From Minisyncoccota bacterium (lineage in GTDB: Bacteria; Patescibacteriota; Minisyncoccia; Phycocordibacterales; JBAYLF01): a stretch of DNA of 64,000 nt. Of the stretch, positions 49,654 to 60,021 are shown in pieces. The DNA is taken from assembly GCA_041664205.1 (NCBI GenBank), contig JBAYLF010000001.1, positions 3,380 to 67,379 of the forward strand, written 5' to 3'. The position numbers and the translations under genes were made by a program. Numbering within the stretch: the stretch's first letter is position 1; each line of letters starts with the position of its first letter. The notes under the pieces are model-generated. The model was not told the DNA's origin and did not search any database. It worked only from the letters and a program-made list of their open reading frames with translations.

Positions 49654-50238
49654 ATGCTTGAATATAACGAAATAAAAGAAAGAAAATATATAATCTTTGA
49701 GGACGAACCATATGAAGTTCTAACTTCTCACGTTTTTAGAAAACAACAACGAAAGCCCGTAAACGCAACAAAATTACGAAACTTAATGACAGGAAGAATT
49801 GTTGAACACTCTTTTCACGTATCAGACAAAGCAGAAGAAGCTGATCTTGCCACAAAAGAAGTTAAATTTCTTTTCACAAACAAAGGCGAATGGTGGTTCT
49901 GTGAAATAAATGATCCATCTAAACGTTTTTCCCTTCCAGAAACTCTTATTGGCCCTGCTGGACGCTTTTTAAAACCAAATTCAATTGTAGATACATTAAT
50001 ATTCACAAGTCCTGACGACGATGATGATAAAAAAACAATTGGGGTTAAGCTTCCTATTAAAGTAGAACTTAAGGTAATTGAGGCAGCACCAGCGGTTAAA
50101 GGCAACACCACAGGTGGCGCAAACAAAACAGTAAAACTAGAAACTGGCGCAGATATAAATGTTCCCCTATTCGTAAACCAAGGAGACATTCTTAGAATAA
50201 ATACCGAAACTGGCGACTATGTAGAAAGAGTTTCATAA
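49654..50238 (+). CDS. efp: Elongation factor P
   Basis: TKLRNLMTG, K..KLETG..INVPLFVNQGD.LRINTETGDYVERV. Confidence 0.93.
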   Translation: MLEYNEIKERKYIIFEDEPYEVLTSHVFRKQQRKPVNATKLRNLMTGRIVEHSFHVSDKAEEADLATKEVKFLFTNKGEWWFCEINDPSKRFSLPETLIGPAGRFLKPNSIVDTLIFTSPDDDDDKKTIGVKLPIKVELKVIEAAPAVKGNTTGGANKTVKLETGADINVPLFVNQGDILRINTETGDYVERVS

Positions 50239-50359
50239 TTAAAAAAATTCATTTTAAAACCGCGTCTTTATTACCAAAGGCGCGGTTTTAAATTTTCGCA
50301 TATATAAATAAATCCCGCTTAGTAATACACTAAGCGGGATTAAAATCTTTGCAATAATT

Positions 50360-51046
50360 TTATGCAGGAACTGACTCTCCTAAAACTGCACAAATCTCAG
50401 CAAACAATCTGCTGACCTTACCATCAAAATCAGTGCTATTATCTATCACTCTGAGATAGTGATGATCTTGCCAAGCGTCAAGAGTTCTTTGATCGAGTTT
50501 CCGGACCATTTTCAATCCTGCTTCAGTCTCAATTGTTTCTTTCCTCGCTGGATTGTTGGCATTAGTATAATGTTTTACAGCTCCTTTAGCTGGAGTAACT
50601 AAATGCATTACAGCATGATATCTAAGAGAGCATATTTCAAACCTACTAAAACCAAAACGTTTAATAATGGAGCTAAATAACCTTCTTCCTACATAAGCTT
50701 CATTATCCATCATTCCGCGATCACATAAAACCACAACTTTGTGACCTTTATCGCGTAATCTCATAGCAGAACTCAGAAATCTTTGTTCCTGGGTGAGAAT
50801 ACAAGGAAGAACTTCTTCCTGAAACTCAACGACGTTTAAATCATTTTCCCCTATTTTTACCCCACCATTCTGAAGTATAGTTGCACATTCAGGATTAATT
50901 AATACTTTGTATCCAAGATCTGAAAGTAATGGTTTCAGCCTGATAGCACTCTCGGTTTTACCACCGCAAGGACCACCAGTTAAAACAATAACCCAGATAT
51001 CATTACCAATTTGTTTTAGATCGAGTAAATTTAAGTTTAGTTTCAT
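50360..51046 (-). CDS. AAA_28 (NadR/Ttd14-like) P-loop NTPase
   Basis: IVLTGGPCGGKT, CDRGMMD, NNPARKE, IDNSTDF. Confidence 0.8.
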   Translation of the reverse strand: MKLNLNLLDLKQIGNDIWVIVLTGGPCGGKTESAIRLKPLLSDLGYKVLINPECATILQNGGVKIGENDLNVVEFQEEVLPCILTQEQRFLSSAMRLRDKGHKVVVLCDRGMMDNEAYVGRRLFSSIIKRFGFSRFEICSLRYHAVMHLVTPAKGAVKHYTNANNPARKETIETEAGLKMVRKLDQRTLDAWQDHHYLRVIDNSTDFDGKVSRLFAEICAVLGESVPA

Positions 51047-51154
51047 TTATTGCTTTTTTCTGCGTATACTCTAACCTATTTTCAATTATTAGCAATACTT
51101 TAATAACAAAAAACACCGGGGGCTAAGCCTTCGGTGTTTTTAATTTTTTTATTA

Positions 51155-51349
51155 TTATCTTGAGATGTAAGGAAGTAATCCTAAAAATCTTGCGCGCTTG
51201 ATAGCTAAAGAAATTTTTCTCTGGTTCTTTGCGCCTGTGCTAGTTTTGCGCTTAGACATTATTCTAGCATTAGGATTTATAAAATGCTTAAGCATTTCAG
51301 TATCCTTATAGTCTACGTATATTAAATTGTTTAAATCTTGTTTCATCAT
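51155..51349 (-). CDS. rpsR: 30S ribosomal protein S18
   Basis: [24 protein letters not shown]. Confidence 0.95.
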   Translation of the reverse strand: MMKQDLNNLIYVDYKDTEMLKHFINPNARIMSKRKTSTGAKNQRKISLAIKRARFLGLLPYISR

Positions 51350-51373
51350 ATTGTTAAATTAATATCATTTTTA

Positions 51374-51832
51374 TTAAAATGGAATATCTTCTGGATTAAT
51401 CTCTTCTTGCGGATATTCTATCGAATCTAATTCTTCTTTTTTACCTGCTGGTGCATCATGTGATGGTTGGCTCTGATATGATCCGCCACCCATTCCGCTT
51501 CCGCCAGCCTTTGGACCAAACTGAACTCTGTCGGCAACAATTTCTGTTCGATATTTTTTCTGTCCATCTTGTCCGTCCCAGCTTCGTGTTTGCATTCTAC
51601 CTTCAACAAAAACTGGTGAACCTTTTCTTAAATACTTTGCAACGTTTTCTGCTTGAATTCCAAAAACAACTACGTTATGAAAATCTGCTGATTCTTGTTT
51701 TGCTCCATTTCGGTCTTTGAAAACTCGATTAGTAGCGACGCTAAACGAAGCTACATGAGAACCTGAAGGAATGGCTCGGAGTTCCGGGTCTCGTGTTAAA
51801 TTTCCATAAATTAAAGCTTTGTTTATATACAT
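51374..51832 (-). CDS. ssb: Single-stranded DNA-binding protein
   Basis: GNLTRDPELR, VEGRMQTRSW, acidic DIPF tail. Confidence 0.97.
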   Translation of the reverse strand: MYINKALIYGNLTRDPELRAIPSGSHVASFSVATNRVFKDRNGAKQESADFHNVVVFGIQAENVAKYLRKGSPVFVEGRMQTRSWDGQDGQKKYRTEIVADRVQFGPKAGGSGMGGGSYQSQPSHDAPAGKKEELDSIEYPQEEINPEDIPF

Positions 51833-51843
51833 GAAATATAAAA

Positions 51844-52353
51844 CTAATTTATCACTAAATCTTCAATAGCTTTATCAACCTCTTCGTCAGATACTACTAC
51901 TGAAACTTGTGGTTTTTCTTCTTTCTCCTTTTCTTTCTTAACTCTTGGACTTTCTATTACATTAAATATTGGTCTGTGAATTTGAACAGGAACATCTTTT
52001 ACAGAATTTATAAGGATAAATCTAAGAATATTTTCGTTATTTTTAAGAACTTTATCTATTTTGGAAATTGCATCTGCTTCTGCATTGAACTTTAACCAAC
52101 CAAAATATGCTTCTTTAAAAGCAACTTTTTTACCAATAGTAGACTTGTAAATGGTATAAGCTAAAGGTCGCATCTTTGGAAATTCATCAGCAAAAATCTG
52201 ACCTTTGTTGTCTTCAACGGCTGATTTTATCTTAGTTACTTCTTCTCCTACTCGGTCTTCACCGATATTCGAAAGCAATAAATAGCCGATCTCGTAAATC
52301 TTAATACCTTCCTCTTTTTCTGTTTTTTCTACGCTTTTTACTTCATCTGTCAT
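51844..52353 (-). CDS. rpsF: 30S ribosomal protein S6
   Basis: YEIGYLL, LAYTI, ILRFILI; rpsF-ssb-rpsR synteny. Confidence 0.88.
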   Translation of the reverse strand: MTDEVKSVEKTEKEEGIKIYEIGYLLLSNIGEDRVGEEVTKIKSAVEDNKGQIFADEFPKMRPLAYTIYKSTIGKKVAFKEAYFGWLKFNAEADAISKIDKVLKNNENILRFILINSVKDVPVQIHRPIFNVIESPRVKKEKEKEEKPQVSVVVSDEEVDKAIEDLVIN

Positions 52354-52465
52354 AGTGTTTAACAGATTAACATAATCGTTTTATTCATGCAACATCTTTA
52401 ATTTTTATATAAAAAACGCACTGTGCCAAAGCAAAGTGCGTTTTAAAGGATTAAAGAAGATTTAA

Positions 52466-52951
52466 TCATTCAGATGTTTCGTCTTTTATAACAACCGAAG
52501 CTTCTGGTCCTGTTTTAGACACCAAATAATCATAACTAAAATCCTCTAATATAGGGCATATTAATCCCCAAGACCACCACGGTCCTGTCCTAAAAGACAA
52601 ATACGGCACATAATCTGGTGGTTTACTTAAACAATCTGGTGGCCTGCTTTTTCTGTAGCAAGTTCCCCAAAATAAAACTCTTTTATATTCTTTCAAATAG
52701 TCTGGAATCTGTTCCGGATTACACAGCAAATGATTAAAAATATTCGCATTAGCATCTCTATTGAGTTGCAGTTGCTCTTGTTTTATATTTCCACGAAGAC
52801 CAATTCGACTTTTCCAATGACCTTCTTGAGTCTCTAAAGACAACTTCTTTGGATCCCATACAAATCTGCCCAGCTTTATATGGAAGTGAAGCATGTATCC
52901 TTGAGGCACAGGCGGATTAATATCACAATCAATAATGATTTTTTCTTTCAT
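52466..52951 (-). CDS. Hypothetical protein
   Basis: 161-aa ATG ORF (IDCDINP.VP..LL.NPEQIP...LFWGT.YR). Confidence 0.7.
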   Translation of the reverse strand: MKEKIIIDCDINPPVPQGYMLHFHIKLGRFVWDPKKLSLETQEGHWKSRIGLRGNIKQEQLQLNRDANANIFNHLLCNPEQIPDYLKEYKRVLFWGTCYRKSRPPDCLSKPPDYVPYLSFRTGPWWSWGLICPILEDFSYDYLVSKTGPEASVVIKDETSE

Positions 52952-52991
52952 TGTCGTAACAAGTGTTTCTTTCTTCAGTGTGCCAAATTTA

Positions 52992-53810
52992 CTATTTTAA
53001 ATCAAATACTCTAAAAGCATTCTCAACTAATTGCTTTTTAACCTTCTCCAAATCTTCGCCTTTTATTTCTGCAATTTTCTTAACAACTTCCTGCACATAA
53101 AGCGGTTCGTTTCGTTTGCCGCGAAATGGCGAGGGTGCTACATAAGGGCTGTCTGTCTCGGACAACATCATATTAAGCGGAGTATTTTTTATAACCTCGT
53201 CATAATTTCTTGCGAATGTAATTACTCCTGTAAAAGAAATTGTAAATCCAAGATCCAAAAACATTTTGGCTTCTTCCCAACTACCAGCAAAAAAATGCAC
53301 GTCACCTTTCACTTTGGCATATGATTTTAAAATTTCATAAGCATCTTTGTAGGCTTCTCTTATATGAAGCATCAACGGCTTGCCTACTTCATTTGCAACT
53401 TCAATGCTTTTTATAAAAGCTTCTTTTTGTTTTTTAAGTGATTCGCCTTCCGCATGAAAATAATCAAGACCGCATTCGCCCAAAGCAACGACTTTTGGAT
53501 TTTTTAGTAAGTCTAGATAATAATTATGATCAAATTCTTCTCCGCGCGAAGTGAATGCTTTTCCTCCTTCGCCTAATTCGCTTTCATCAAAATGGGATTT
53601 ATCTGTGTGTATCGGATGAAGTCCAACAATCGCATAAACTCCTTTTTCATATTTTTCCGCGAGTTCTACAGCAGACTTAGAAGTATCTTTCTGCGTTCCA
53701 ACATTTATCATCCATGTATTACTATCTGATGCGCGTTTAATAACCGCATCACGATCCTCATCAAATGCGGAAAAATTCACATGGGTATGGCAATCTATAA
53801 ATTCAGGCAT
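52992..53810 (-). CDS. tatD: TatD family DNase
   Basis: DCHTH, GLHP, GECGLDY, LHIR, ETDSPY. Confidence 0.95.
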   Translation of the reverse strand: MPEFIDCHTHVNFSAFDEDRDAVIKRASDSNTWMINVGTQKDTSKSAVELAEKYEKGVYAIVGLHPIHTDKSHFDESELGEGGKAFTSRGEEFDHNYYLDLLKNPKVVALGECGLDYFHAEGESLKKQKEAFIKSIEVANEVGKPLMLHIREAYKDAYEILKSYAKVKGDVHFFAGSWEEAKMFLDLGFTISFTGVITFARNYDEVIKNTPLNMMLSETDSPYVAPSPFRGKRNEPLYVQEVVKKIAEIKGEDLEKVKKQLVENAFRVFDLK

Positions 53811-53878
53811 AAATAAAATTTGAGTTTGACTTAATTATTTCAATTGTATATCTTAAGCCTCAGAAAGAAAAGTTTAAT

Positions 53879-54334
53879 ATGAATGCAAACGAATTAGTTG
53901 ATAGAGCAATATGTTATCTTGAATACCCAGCCGTTAAATATACCGATCCTTCAAAAGGAAGCGATAAAAGCGGTTTTGATTGTTCGGGTTTTGTTCTTTT
54001 TTTACTTAGAGAATTAAACTTTCCTGTTCCACAAGAAATACGTCATGTAAATGAATTTTATAACTCATTCGGCATTCACATTCATGATGAAGCAAGAATG
54101 TCCGGAGATTTAATTTTTTGGAGCAGAAAAGGCACAATACCAACTCATATAGGAATTTTGGTTAATGATACTTATTACATACATTCGCCAGGAAAAACAG
54201 GAAGATTCGTTTCAATTGAAGAAATAAAATATGAACCAATTATTTCAAAAGCCGAACCAAAAATTTACTTTAAAAATCCTATTGGCTTCAAACGTCTCGG
54301 GGTAAAAGATGGAAGATATTTAAGGTTAATTTAA
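53879..54334 (+). CDS. NlpC/P60 family peptidase
   Basis: GFDCSGFV, GDLIFW, HIGI..YIHS. Confidence 0.9.
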   Translation: MNANELVDRAICYLEYPAVKYTDPSKGSDKSGFDCSGFVLFLLRELNFPVPQEIRHVNEFYNSFGIHIHDEARMSGDLIFWSRKGTIPTHIGILVNDTYYIHSPGKTGRFVSIEEIKYEPIISKAEPKIYFKNPIGFKRLGVKDGRYLRLI

Positions 54335-54420
54335 TGATCAATTACCAAAAGACCAGCAAATTGCTGGTCTTTTTTTTATAAGTCGTTTTTATTCACGATC
54401 AACAAGACAAACTCTAACGC

Positions 54421-54492
54421 TGTCATTCCCGCGAAGGCGGGAATCTAGTCTTAGTCTTAATTCTCTGGATTCCCGCCTTCGCGGGAATGACA
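54421..54492. repeat. dRS3/CGTC-type REP-like dimer
   Basis: TGTCATTCCCGCGAAGGCGGGAATC-spacer-GATTCCCGCCTTCGCGGGAATGACA. Confidence 0.9.
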
Positions 54493-54501
54493 AAAATAAA
54501 C

Positions 54502-55935
54502 TTAAATTTTTCTCAAAAACAACGGCTGCTCTGGAGATTTATTTTCTTTAATAAGTCTTTTAATTTCTAAAGATGTTTTAGGCATAAAAGGCTCCAAACC
54601 TTGAGCCACAATATAAAGTTCTTTAACAAATTGTTCTATCATTTCTTTTCCTTTTTGCTTATCTTCCTTAACCAGCTTAAACGGCTTGCCTATCTGAATA
54701 TCAGAATCAATGCTTTTTATATACTCCCAAACATCATCAATAGCTTTTTGAATATCAAACATATCAAATCTAGAACTGTAACTTATCTTCGGATAAATTT
54801 TTGCTTCTTCTATTAAAACAGGTGCATCAAGATTTGTTTCTGCCATTTTCATTATTCTTGAGACTAAGTTTCCCAAACCATTTGCCAAATTTGCGTTATA
54901 AGCATCCTTGAAAGATTCTTTGGTCATATCGCCGTCTTCTGTAGTGGAAATTTCACGCGCTAAAAAATATCGCATCGATTCTGCACCATATTCATTCATA
55001 AGCTCATACGGATCTATTACATTTCCTAAAGTCTTCGACATTTTTCTTCCGCCAGAAGTTATCATTCCGTGAACAAAAATTTTCTTCGGCAATTCCAAAC
55101 CTGCAGAATGAAGCATCGCAGGCCAAAATACTGCATGAAAACGCAAAATATCTTTGCCTATTACATGATAATCCGCCGGCCAAAATTTCTTAAAAGTTTC
55201 TTCGTCTCTTCCGTATCCAATAGCTGAAATATAATTTGAAAGAGCATCGCACCAGACATACATTACTTGCGAAGGATCATTAGGAATTGGAATTCCCCAC
55301 GACTCGCCTTTTACCGCGCGGGAAAAACTTACGTCTTCAAGTGGTTCACTAAGAAAAGACAGGACTTCTTTCTTTCTAGTGGCAGGCTCAATTGAAAGTT
55401 CGTCACTATTTATTTTTTCCTTAAGAAAATCCTGGTATTTAGAAAGTTTGAAAAAATAATTTTCTTCTTCTATCTCTTCCGGTATGAGATTGTGGAGCGG
55501 ACATTTACCGTTAACGAGTTCTTTTTCTTTTTTAAATTCCTCGCATCCTGGACAATAAAGCCCTTTGTATTTCTTTTTATAAATATCTCCAGACTCAACA
55601 AGTTTATTCCATAACATAATAGCTCCAGGCCAATGAATTTCTTTGTCGGAAGTTCTAATGAATTGATCGTATGAAATATCAAGATCTTTAAAAAGTCGTT
55701 TAAAATTATCTACTACCATGTCTGTAAATTGCAGAGGAGTTTTTCCAGCTTCAGTTGCAGCTTTAACTACTTTAATTGTATTTTCATCAGAGCCGGTAAG
55801 AAAATGAACATCTTTACCTTGTAGACGATTGAAACGAGCCACAATATCACAGATCGTAATAGTGTAAGCATGACCCATGTGTAGGTTTGCATTTGGATAA
55901 AATATTGGAGTTGTTATATAAAATTTATTTGCCAT
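54502..55935 (-). CDS. metG: Methionine--tRNA ligase (short monomeric form)
   Basis: YITTPIFY, HMGH, IGKDILRFH, KMSKT. Confidence 0.97.
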   Translation of the reverse strand: MANKFYITTPIFYPNANLHMGHAYTITICDIVARFNRLQGKDVHFLTGSDENTIKVVKAATEAGKTPLQFTDMVVDNFKRLFKDLDISYDQFIRTSDKEIHWPGAIMLWNKLVESGDIYKKKYKGLYCPGCEEFKKEKELVNGKCPLHNLIPEEIEEENYFFKLSKYQDFLKEKINSDELSIEPATRKKEVLSFLSEPLEDVSFSRAVKGESWGIPIPNDPSQVMYVWCDALSNYISAIGYGRDEETFKKFWPADYHVIGKDILRFHAVFWPAMLHSAGLELPKKIFVHGMITSGGRKMSKTLGNVIDPYELMNEYGAESMRYFLAREISTTEDGDMTKESFKDAYNANLANGLGNLVSRIMKMAETNLDAPVLIEEAKIYPKISYSSRFDMFDIQKAIDDVWEYIKSIDSDIQIGKPFKLVKEDKQKGKEMIEQFVKELYIVAQGLEPFMPKTSLEIKRLIKENKSPEQPLFLRKI

Positions 55936-55989
55936 ATTTAAAAAAATAAAAAAATCTAATTTCGTTATTGTTATTTAACTCATTAACAC

Positions 55990-57051
55990 CTACACGATTG
56001 TGCTCATTTTTTCTATTTCGGATATTTTATTCTTTTCCATGTCGGTATAAAGTTCCATAAAAACAGCAGCCAACGGCACTGAAAGAATGGCACCAAAAAG
56101 TCCTGCGAGTTGCGCTCCTGCAACAATCGCAACTATTACTAAAAGCGCGGGAACACCAACAATTTTTTTAACAACTAATGGGTAAATTAACTGACTTTCA
56201 AACTGCTGAACTATTGTATAAAGACCTGCTACAAGAAGTCCCATTGTGATTCCTCCCGAAGAAAGCCCAACAGCGATTGATGGTATCGATCCGATTATCG
56301 GTCCGAAGATCGGAATCAATTCAAAAATTGCAGCAATCACTGCGAGAAGTAATGCATGCTCAACTCCTAATACTGAAAGTCCTAAATATACTAATATACC
56401 GATAATAAGACCGAGTAATAATTGACCTTGAAGCCAAAACCCTATCTTAATTTGTGAACGCTTCCAAAGACTTATTATATATTTTTCGTGTTTCAAAGGA
56501 GTAATAACACGCAAAAAATTAGCAACTCCTTCTTCTTGAACTGCAAGATAAAAAGAAAATACAAACACAAGTAAAAGGTTTAAGATGCCACCAAAAATTA
56601 CAGCGACCAAACTCGATGCGCCAGAAGTAAAACCCATAAGAGAACTACTCGCACTTGAAATTATATCTTGAATAGAAATAAATTGATTTATACCCCCAGT
56701 ATTGATACCTAATGGATTAACAAGCTTTAGCGACTGAGCATATTCTGGAATTTTATTTAATGCTTCAACAATCTGATTGATAAGTGGTGGAATAACAAAG
56801 AAAACAACAACTCCTAAAATAATTGCTGTAAAGGCGTAAATTAAAATTACCGCGAGCGTTCTTGGGATTTTTCGATTCATCAGCCATTTAGTTCCAGGTT
56901 CTATTGCTGAAGCGATAACAATAGCCATTAAAACAACCAAAACAAGATCACGGACAAGATACAGAAAATAAACAACGGCTAAAACCACGAGACACTTAAC
57001 TATTGTCCCAACAGTTACTGATATATGGAGTTCTTTTTCTTCTCTATTCAT
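55990..57051 (-). CDS. AI-2E family transporter
   Basis: Multi-TM; ELIPIFGP, QQFESQLIYP, GAILSVP. Confidence 0.9.
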   Translation of the reverse strand: MNREEKELHISVTVGTIVKCLVVLAVVYFLYLVRDLVLVVLMAIVIASAIEPGTKWLMNRKIPRTLAVILIYAFTAIILGVVVFFVIPPLINQIVEALNKIPEYAQSLKLVNPLGINTGGINQFISIQDIISSASSSLMGFTSGASSLVAVIFGGILNLLLVFVFSFYLAVQEEGVANFLRVITPLKHEKYIISLWKRSQIKIGFWLQGQLLLGLIIGILVYLGLSVLGVEHALLLAVIAAIFELIPIFGPIIGSIPSIAVGLSSGGITMGLLVAGLYTIVQQFESQLIYPLVVKKIVGVPALLVIVAIVAGAQLAGLFGAILSVPLAAVFMELYTDMEKNKISEIEKMSTIV

Positions 57052-57129
57052 CTTTAATCATTCAAATTAGTAATTCGTATATTCGTATAATATCACTTTA
57101 GAGCCTGTTTACAATATTTATACTTATTC

Positions 57130-57201
57130 TGTCATTCCCGCGCAGGCGGGAATCTAGTCTTAGTCTTAATTCTCTGGATTCCCGCCTGCGCGGGAATGAC
57201 A
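57130..57201. repeat. dRS3/CGTC-type REP-like dimer
   Basis: Same spacer as 54421-54492; GCAG/CTGC in place of GAAG/CTTC. Confidence 0.9.
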
Positions 57202-57221
57202 GAATTTTTATGTGAATAAAT

Positions 57222-58490
57222 TTATATATTTAGAATTTTTAAAAAATGATCTTCGTCATTAAAAGGACCGATAATTGCTACGTTGAGCAAATCATTTCTA
57301 AACAGATCATTCGCCACCTTTTGTATATATTCAGCTGTAATATTTTTAAACTGTTTTACAAATTCTTCAGGTGTAATCAGATCTTTTTTCAAAATTTCTC
57401 TACTGCCATAAAAATTAGCTAAAGCTCCGGGCGTTTCCATATACAAAAGAAAACTATCAATATATCCGCTAATCTTATCAAGTTCTTCTTTTGAAAGAGG
57501 TTGATCTTTAATTTTTTTAACCTCTTCTAATATAACTTTTATAACTTCTTCGGTTCTAGATACATCAACACCGGCATAGATAGTAAAATTTCCATAATCA
57601 GTATAGTGAGCATTATGAACATTAAATTCATAACAAACGCCCATCTCTTCTCTAAGTTTTTGTCCCAATCTTGAACTCAATCCTCCGCCTAAAGCTTGGG
57701 ATATAACTTCAATTGCTGGCTGTCTTTCATCATGAGTTCCAAAAGATCTAAAACCTATAAGAAGATGTGCTTGCTCAGCATCTTTCATTTTTAAAATAAT
57801 TTTAGGAACAGTCTGGTCAATTTTTAACACAGCAGGCTTTTCTGGCTTGTTATTTTTTGGAATAAGCTTAAATTTTTCTTCTACTAAATTAGAAATATTA
57901 TTTTCATCAAAATTTCCTGCGACAACTACAATAGTCGCAGAAGAAACGTGATACATATCTCTATGCCTTACAAGATCAGAATTTTTTATTGATCCAACTG
58001 ATTGCTCTGTCCCTAAAATTCCCCGCCCTACAGACTGATCGCCATACATTAGAGAATTCAACATATCAAAAATTTCATCTGATGGTTTTTCTTCTTTCCT
58101 TTTAATTTCCTGAATCACAACTGATTTTTCTTTTTCAATTTCGGAAAGATCGAAATTTGAATTTAAATAAATATCAGATAATACATCCAGAGCTTTCTCT
58201 AAATGATTACCATGAGATCTTATGTAATAAGCCATACCATCTTCGCCTGTGTAAGCATTTATCTCACCACCTATTCCTTCGATCTCGCTTGTTATTGCAA
58301 AAGCTGATGGTCGCTTAGAAGTGCCTTTAAAATTAGAATGTTCCAAAAGATGAAATATGCCATTTTTCTCTTTCTCTTCATATGCACTGCCAGCATCAAG
58401 AAAAACAGACACAGCAACATTTGGAGTATCTTTCATAGGTATCGTAATTAAACGTATGCCGTTATTCAGTATTTTCTTTGTTACATTCAT
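57222..58490 (-). CDS. M16 family zinc peptidase
   Basis: Inverted zincin motif HLLEH..FKGT, NAYT, SSRL..LRE..G. Confidence 0.93.
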   Translation of the reverse strand: MNVTKKILNNGIRLITIPMKDTPNVAVSVFLDAGSAYEEKEKNGIFHLLEHSNFKGTSKRPSAFAITSEIEGIGGEINAYTGEDGMAYYIRSHGNHLEKALDVLSDIYLNSNFDLSEIEKEKSVVIQEIKRKEEKPSDEIFDMLNSLMYGDQSVGRGILGTEQSVGSIKNSDLVRHRDMYHVSSATIVVVAGNFDENNISNLVEEKFKLIPKNNKPEKPAVLKIDQTVPKIILKMKDAEQAHLLIGFRSFGTHDERQPAIEVISQALGGGLSSRLGQKLREEMGVCYEFNVHNAHYTDYGNFTIYAGVDVSRTEEVIKVILEEVKKIKDQPLSKEELDKISGYIDSFLLYMETPGALANFYGSREILKKDLITPEEFVKQFKNITAEYIQKVANDLFRNDLLNVAIIGPFNDEDHFLKILNI

Positions 58491-58661
58491 CCTAGTAGTT
58501 AATAATTATTTGACTAATTGAATTTATCGTTTTTATATTTACCAGCACTAAATTGTGGCACTAGTTAATACTATTTAGTAAGGACTGTCAAACCAAAAAA
58601 CAAATCCCGAAATTTTGACAAAATCAAAATTTCGGGATTATATTTTAGACAACTTTTTTAA

Positions 58662-59975
58662 TTATTTCATTTTTCCAACAAGTTCAGAAATGTTTACTCT
58701 CTCCTGCTTTGCAGTATCTCTATCGCGAAGAGTGACTGTGTTATCTTCAAGAGTTTGAAAATCTACTGTTACGCAGAAAGGCGTTCCGATCTCATCTTGT
58801 CTTCGATATCTTTTGCCGATATTTCCATTATCATCAAACATTGCTTCAGGAATTTCTTTTCGAATCATTCCAAAAACTTCTCTCGCCTTTTCTACCAACT
58901 CCGGCTTATTTTTCAACAAAGGAAAAACCGCAACTTTAACTGGTGCAACATTTGGAGAAAGTTTTAGAAATACTCTTTTTTCTCCGCCGATCTCGTCTTC
59001 GCAATAAGCATCAAGAAGAACAACTAGAACTGTTCTATCTACACCAAGCGATGGCTCTATACAATGTGGAATAAATCTTTCTTTGGTTTCTTCATTTAAG
59101 AAACTAAGATCGACTCCGCTGGCATTTGTGTGGCTCTTCAAGTCAAAATCTGTTCTGTATGCCAAACCATAAAGCTCTTTTAGGCCGAATGGGTAATCAA
59201 ATTCGAAATCAATAGTTCTCTTTGAATAGTGCGCCAATGAATCGCCAGAAACTTCGAGCTCGTGAACTTTGCTTCTATCAATTCCAACATCATCTATATA
59301 ATTCCACATTTCTTTTCGAAAATGTTCAAAACTCTCTTCCCATTTGGAAGGCTCAACAAAATATTCTATTTCCATCTGTTCAAATTCTCGCGAACGAAAA
59401 GTAAAATCTCTAGGAGCTATTTCATTTCTAAACGCTTTTCCTATCTGTGCCATTCCAAAAGGAAGTTTTGGGTGGAACGAGTCAACAACATTTTTAAAAT
59501 TAACGAACATTCCCTGCGCAGTCTCGGGACGTAAATAAGAAACTGATGATTCATTTTCATCAACTCCAACATGCGTTTTGAACATCATATTGAATTGCTT
59601 CGGTTCACTTAATTCACCTCCACAATCAGGACAAGATGAGGAATCATTTTCAAGTTGATCAGCTCTAAAGCGTCGTTTGCATTTTTTGCATTCAACTAAA
59701 GGGTCTGAAAAACCACCGACATGTCCTGAAGCTTTCCATACGTTTTGATTCATTAATATAGCCGCGTCAGTGCCATACATATCATCTCTGTCTGTCACAA
59801 ACCTCTTCCACCATAATTTTTTAATATTATTTTTTAAAGCGAGTCCGAGGTGAGCATAATCCCATGTTCCGGACATACCGCCATAAATTTCCGAGCCTTG
59901 ATATATAAAACCGCGTCGCTTACATAAAGAAGCGACTTTTTCCAAAGTGTCGTTACTTTCTGATTTATGATTCAT
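58662..59975 (-). CDS. glyQS: Glycine--tRNA ligase, homodimeric type
   Basis: LCKRRGF, YLRPETAQG, FRNEI, IEPSLG, IGKRYRRQDEIGTP. Confidence 0.97.
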   Translation of the reverse strand: MNHKSESNDTLEKVASLCKRRGFIYQGSEIYGGMSGTWDYAHLGLALKNNIKKLWWKRFVTDRDDMYGTDAAILMNQNVWKASGHVGGFSDPLVECKKCKRRFRADQLENDSSSCPDCGGELSEPKQFNMMFKTHVGVDENESSVSYLRPETAQGMFVNFKNVVDSFHPKLPFGMAQIGKAFRNEIAPRDFTFRSREFEQMEIEYFVEPSKWEESFEHFRKEMWNYIDDVGIDRSKVHELEVSGDSLAHYSKRTIDFEFDYPFGLKELYGLAYRTDFDLKSHTNASGVDLSFLNEETKERFIPHCIEPSLGVDRTVLVVLLDAYCEDEIGGEKRVFLKLSPNVAPVKVAVFPLLKNKPELVEKAREVFGMIRKEIPEAMFDDNGNIGKRYRRQDEIGTPFCVTVDFQTLEDNTVTLRDRDTAKQERVNISELVGKMK

Positions 59976-60021
59976 AATTTTACAAAAACTTTATTTCAAT
60001 TTTTGAACTATATCAAAAATT

